A DNA stretch of 39,090 bases from Catajapyx aquilonaris (taxonomy: Eukaryota): contig JYFJ02003660.1 of NCBI GenBank assembly GCA_000934665.2, forward strand, positions 1 to 39,090. Reading direction: 5' to 3'. Each line of letters starts with the position of its first letter. The stretch's first letter is position 1. This document shows, piece after piece, positions 32,801-39,090 of the stretch. The position numbers were made by a program, and so were the translations under genes. A model generated the notes under the pieces. It was not told where the DNA came from and searched no databases. It saw nothing but the letters and a program-made list of their open reading frames with translations.

Positions 32801-35129
32801 ACCATGTACAATATTAGCGATATTGGTTTGGCAGTGTGGTCAGCATGGTGATAACATGTACTGTGACTGGGCAGAGCATACCACTAATCCCAGTAATTTT
32901 GAATAAACACACAAGCAGTACATAGTATAACAATATATATTATATATTATATTTAAAAGGTAAGTAACAATTCTCTTCCCCGTTAAGTGTTTAACCAACG
33001 TAAAGTACAAAGATTTTTTAAAAGTATAGTTTTTCATATGTACATAACAGATCCAAATCTCTGGAGAGTGTTTTGCTCGACAAATTTTCATAGTAAAACT
33101 CCCAAGGAAGACGAGGCTCAAGAATCTTAATAAAATGGAAAACTTTTGCATACAGTGCGCCAGTAGTATTTTGATGGTAGCTGTAGTTCTTTATGAATGT
33201 AGCATTTAGGTTAGTTTCAGGATTCTGGTTCAAAGTGTCTTGGAGTGGCAGATATTTTCACAGGCTGGTTATCATGCTGGTGAGATAAGTGAGCATATCG
33301 CTTGTGTTGATATTAGAGGATAGCCTGATTTCTTTTTCGGATCTTGGCAGTGGAAGCGTATTGTAAATTACATAATGCCTTTTTCTCTGTGACTCACATT
33401 CTTTTTTATTGTTTTAGTGAAATGATGAATCTATCCATTGTTGAACTGTAATTCATACCTGTTATGCTTTTGCAAAAGCCAGTTAGTGGGAATCACTAGT
33501 CCCCAACATTGGCAATGGAAAAATTGGGGAAGGTGGCTGGTCTGGGGTCCACATCAGTATGGGCAGAGTCTAATGTTGGGTGAATAGGAGACTGGGGCAG
33601 ATAGGCAGACTATTTATTATGGCAGCTTTTACTAGACTGATTTAATTCAGTGATATGAATTACTTTTATAAATTCTTGGTGTTTTTTTGTGAGACGAGGA
33701 ATGGGGGCAAGGAGGGGTTCTGTAACAAGAAGACTTTTATCGACACTTAAACTGGTTCCCCTCTTTTTCTCCTCTAATCTCTACCTCTTTTCCAAGTACC
33801 ATATCTTATGTATCGTGACCTACATTGCATTACATCTAGATGCCACAATGTTCAGACTTATATGGAGAGAGAAGCTGTCTCCTAGGGTTAATGAATATGA
33901 TGGCCCCAGCTAGGCTCATTTTCAAGTATTTTTTTGGTCGGATGTTTCTCTACTAGCATTGACTTTTGCAAAAGCACTCATTGACAGCCGCATCCTTGAT
34001 GCTTTAAGTAGAATAACACTGGTACTGCTGGTACCATGGATCTCAGATGCTGATACAATAGATATATTTCTTGTAATTCCATATGAACATATTACGCCAG
34101 TGGAGAGGAGGGATGTGTGAAGGACAACCCTTCCCTCCACCTGCCCTATCCACTTCAACCGAGCCTACCTTTATGGGCATCCCTCCCCTCCTAGTAGATA
34201 GACAAGCACTGATGCTTGTGTGATTGCATCTGGGACTCAGACATGTTGTGCCAACAGTACAACTTACTCATTCAGTCTGATTGCCCCACAGTCAGGAAAA
34301 TTTCAGCTGGTTAAGTGACAGAAAAGTTGAAAAATCAGTTGTTGCCAACAATAAACCGCAATGGAAGTTTCAACTTTTCTTCCACTTTTTCAGCTGACAG
34401 GGTTTCTGGCTGTGGTGCAATCAGACTGCACTTCCTTTCATTGTACTGCTGTAGTTCAGTTTTTTTTGCAATATTCTTGATATTTGCAATTCACACTGTA
34501 TTAGTAATTATTATGCCAGAGCTGTTCAATGAAGTGGCACCAGTCTGAGAGTTTTATGCAATGTTACCTAAACCTTCCCAACCTATAAACATGTTCTAGG
34601 GTTATGTAATTTATATACGGCCATGAATGATGATATCAGTGAAAATAGATATGATTTTGATTCTCTGTTTTGTTGTAAATGTGCTTGCCAGTAAAGGGAA
34701 TGGAAATACTAATCAGCACGTAACCAAAAATCTCACTGTATAGAATGCTCAGTATATTTTTATGATTTTTTTTTTTTGTGATTTCTTTCCGGTATTGGTG
34801 AAAATTGTACATTTCCACCCCTTACACTGCGCATGTATTTTGTATTTGTTCTTTACTTACTGCTAAGGAGGAAGTACCAGTACTGTACAATCAGACAAGA
34901 AGGTGCATTTGCTGGGAATAAGAGTATAAAAAGATATCCATTCCAGAATGGATTTTGCTTTGCAGGGTGATAATTTTTAGTGTAAACAGTTCCAAATGAT
35001 ATTGGGTGAGAAGTTCAACTCTGCTGGTACAATAAATATTTATTTCCTGACTGAGTAGTGAACATGTGGGCATGGAAGTCATGAATTTGCAATTTTTCCT
35101 TGTTTAAAATGGCCTCAGGAAGTTCTAGG

Positions 35130-35315
35130 TTTATGTTTAGTTTAGTTTATTGGTGGCCAAAGCAACTGTAGGCCATCTGACATTGGGGAGGTTGAGGGAG
35201 GAAAATAGGTTTTTGGGCAGGGAGAAGAAACTCTTTCTGCATGAGAAAGAGTACTCTACACCACCTAAGGATCAAATGCAGGACTCTAGAAGTGGAAGGC
35301 TGTTATGTAACACCG
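35130..35315 (-). mobile_element. Degraded SINE fragment
   Basis: GGATCAAATGCAGGACTCTAGAAGTGGAAGGCTG..TAACAC resembles the SINE head at 11221-11266; short (TTTAG)n tail-like stretch near 35130. Confidence 0.4.
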
Positions 35316-36949
35316 GTGAATAATATGCAACTTTAAAATTGGGGCATATCTTTAATTTTCAATAAAATGACAATTCTGGACTCCTTGTAGTGTCTAACAG
35401 AGCCAGTTTAAAAGCAAACAAATTGCAAATGCGTTACTTTCAAGCCCAGATTTTCACAGCTTAGCGAACAGATGCAGCATTTTGAAACTGCATTTTACTT
35501 TTGTATCTAATATTATTTGGAATGACTTACTTTAAAAACTGCCATGGTGCACAGCAAAATCAATGCTGGAACAGATCATTTGTGCTTTGTATATACTGAT
35601 ATTATGAAGGCAAACATGTACATTGGTATTGTCTTAGTCTTTGAATGGTTATTGTCATGCAGATGTAAGCATAAAATTAGAATAGGTTTTTTCATGTTGA
35701 TCATTTTTAATTCATTTATAAGTATATGTTTTTGGAAACAAATGGTAATGCGTAGAAAGTGGTTTTCAGGTTTGTGTAGTACGAGATTGTAATTTTCTTA
35801 TAGTAGCAGTTGATGTAATTTTTTTCTGGCATGAAGGAACATCTTTGGAAGCCATTAATACTGCAAGAGAAACCATCCTTGCCAACTCATGCAATGTCAG
35901 TATTATGCAATTTTATTGAATCTCATTATGTGCTTCAGAATCCATATGTGAATAAGATGGTCAGTGTTTTGCATTGGTTTTGTATGGATCCCGGTGTATC
36001 AATGTAAGCTTCGTGTAGTGTCACTAGCTGTACCCATTGTCTTGTTTTTTTTTTTTTCTTTTGTAATGTTTTCCATGTCTTTCTTGATAAAAAATATATA
36101 TACCTTGCATATATGGAGTATATTTTATTGCCTGGATGAAGCGGTTCAAACGACAGGGACAGAGAGAGAGTTTAAGGGATTCTGTGTCACGTTGTCACTT
36201 TGGAGGTCCTCGCTTCACACAACAGTACTCACTATCCTGATGTGGGTTTTTGTGGTTGTCCATGGCCAGTCCATGATATTTTGCCTTCTCTTACAAAAAG
36301 GCGACAGGGCGACAAAAAAAGTAAGAAGCTCAAACTATAGGGTATGGATTGTACCTGAAGCAGTTGACATACAGTAAACAATATTAAAGTGAACACACAC
36401 TGATCATTTTCCATGCTATGGTGCATTGGAATCCTATTCATATTATAGCAACAACTAGGCACCAACTTGTCAAAATATGGCAAAATAATCATTAGACAAC
36501 ATTGTGAAATTGGAGAGGGAGACGAAGACCAGGCAGCGACAGCCGACGGCGAATTACCGAAGTAAGACGGTGTGGAGGTAGCGCCCGCGGTCGGAACGGC
36601 GTTTATGAGATCTCCGTCAAGTGGTGGTTGTTTTTTTAAGGCGGTCGGCTTTTTTTGCGTTTAATAAATTCGCTGGACACTATTTCCAAAAAACAAACGT
36701 TATTGCAAATATAGGATACGCGGGCTAAATTTTGACATCACTTCCAATACTGTAGGCTGTACACAGCGGGAGGAATCTCCATCACAGTAGGGTATTACCG
36801 TAATAATATTGATAACAAATGACGAAGACGACGACGACGACGACGATGATGATGATGATGACTGACAGCAATAACATGTGACATTTCCATACTGGTGAAG
36901 TGAGGGAACTTATGGTAATATTGTAGGCTAGGTCATAAATGCGCAGTAA

Positions 36950-37090
36950 ATACTGTATGATTATAATATAGGATGTAAATAGATTTAATATGATTTATGA
37001 TATTAATATATGCTATATTTAATATTAGTTACGATATTTTAATATATGAGTTATATTTAATATACTTATATTTAATAAATTTAATATTTC
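36950..37090. repeat. AT-rich low-complexity tract
   Basis: Degenerate TATTTAATA repeats. Confidence 0.7.
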
Positions 37091-38994
37091 ACTGTACAGC
37101 GGATGTCATTTTCAAACGTCAGTAGCCCATAGTATGTTTTCATGGAATGTGCAGAGAAGCGTGGCACAAATCTGATCACCACATAATTGCATAATGGCCA
37201 TACAAAAGGACCGCAACTGACATATCGGTAAATATTTTTCCATCCAGAACAGGCCTGAGCATTTAATAATAATTGAATTTTTTAAAATCAAATTTAATAC
37301 CATACTCTACCAACCAGAGAGCAGTGCTGTTGCCAGCGCACATTCTACACCAAGCCAATGCACTGCAAGTTTCCATCGTCTACCAGATCGGAAATAGGTC
37401 CAGGAATAACAGGAAGTTTTGCACCCTCCTTTAACGAGGATTGAGTATCAGCTCTGATTGCATTAGTAAGTTACCAGTACCGCAGTTTTCTTATAGATTC
37501 GCCCAGCATCAGGCACTGTTTACTCCGGGACGGCCTATTTCAAGGCACTATTGACCATTTCTTACCGGGAAGTGAGAAGGCGCGGAATGGAAAAATTATA
37601 TAAAAAAAAGAAGCAAGAGGTCTTTTGGTTCCTGTCCAAGAAACTTCCGGATCGTTGAGTGCAAAAAGATCATGATACGTGAGAAGAAAAACAAAAGGCT
37701 TGCCTCGATTTTTGTATTCACAAAGTTCCCTATACGGCGACACAGCTACGGGGGGCTAAACTCTGGATAGGATTTGACGCAAAGCAGTAATAACCCAAAT
37801 CACCAATGGGGGAGCTTGTAGTTCCAAAAAATACAAGAGTCTTATCAAGCAGTAATTGCCTGCGTATAGCATGCCGGATTACTGTGTTTTTTTGGGGGGG
37901 AGGGGGGGGGGCGACGCAGATGTGCTTAATTATGTGAGAGGGGAATTTTTATGGGCATTAAAATGGACTCCGATTTCAACAGCGCACTTGTGAACATGTT
38001 TCTGGATTTAAATCGAAGCATATTTTGAGGGGGAAAAAATTCCGCTTGATGTTCTGAAACGTGCTTGAGGCATGTGTGCATTCGTTAATTTTTTATACTG
38101 TTTGATAAAATCAGAATTTCGTATACAGCAGCATGCAGTAAGCTAAAGTCTGGAAGAAAATTCAAACAGAGTATATTCATTATCGTCGTCAGATCATATG
38201 TCTGGAAATTTCTCCGTATGAAAGTGCGACGGAAATTGCAAAAGTTCGCACCTAATCAGAAGCAAAGAAGGGTCCCTATTGTGCATCCGAACAGAGAGCC
38301 TGTGCAGGAAAGGAATCCTTCCAATAAGCCACTCGGTACTGCATCAGAGCAATTCAGTATGGCCCACACAGGGTGTTGCAAAAGGTGCGAATTTCCTGTC
38401 GAATTTACTTTCCCTGCGATATTTCAAGGCGAAATTACCACCGATTATTTTGGCGATACATATACATGGGTGCAGTGACTGCAGGCTAATGAAAGTCTGC
38501 ACGTTATAGTCATATTGAGCCAGTGTTGGGTTAATATGGCCACCTACGTCTATTTAAATTTAGAGTCATAATGAATCAGAACTGTGGCAGTAAAATGGCT
38601 TAATTTGCCTGGTGCATGTTTGCTGATGGAAAATGACGTGTTTCCGGAAAACCACAGACACGCATCTAAATGATCTGTTGCTTGTTATAATTTCATAGCA
38701 TGCACACTTTTTGGTGTGCTATTACAGTGCTCGTTAGATATGACCCGAACCACAAAATGCTGCATGAAGTTATGTAATATGGACTTATTATTCTAAATGG
38801 AGCTGACATTCGTAGTTCCTCCAACTTTGTGGACTAGAGTCTGATTCTATGGTACATTGCAGAAGTACGAAATAATAGGCTAACTACTGACTTCCATAGA
38901 TTAAGAAGGTAGCGTAATTAAGAAGACCTTCGTAATGTATGCTGACATCTTTATATAGGTTTGCCAGATGAATATGTTAACAAATATTCAACGA

Positions 38995-39090
38995 CTAGCA
39001 GGATACCCGGCGTTGCTCGGGTTATGAAAGACTTTTCCATAGGAGTGACTCATTGATTTAGTAGTAACCTTTGCAATAATTATGGCTATA
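38995..39090 (-). mobile_element. Helitron-like 3' terminus (element extends off the right edge)
   Basis: Minus strand reads ACCCGAGCAACGCCGGGT (hairpin, 39022-39005)-ATCCTG-CTAG|T. Confidence 0.55.

Overview
Eukaryotic, arthropod-type genomic DNA with spliceosomal introns, SINEs and MITEs; no prokaryotic features and no CRISPR. Two divergently transcribed genes share a CpG-rich promoter region (~13.0-15.2 kb). On the minus strand is the 5' part of milton/TRAK (kinesin-mitochondria adaptor, HAP1_N region), with coding exons at 9212-9356, 2707-2811 and 1600-1704; the gene continues off the left edge. On the plus strand is a Tramtrack/Broad-group BTB-zinc-finger transcription factor. It has four common coding exons (18179-18364, 18774-19313, 19878-20001, 20278-20364) that can splice in frame to either of two alternative terminal C2H2-pair exons (24913-25373, ~465 aa isoform; 29547-29833, ~407 aa isoform). 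A possible degenerate third exon lies at 22603-22760. The introns carry at least four tRNA-derived SINE families (one with a V-SINE-like core, and two nested insertions with target-site duplications), a DINE-1/HINE-like Helentron derivative, a 1.1-kb long-TIR Tc1/mariner-type element, several MITEs and a Helitron-like 3' end. All calls come from reading the sequence by eye; no searches were run.
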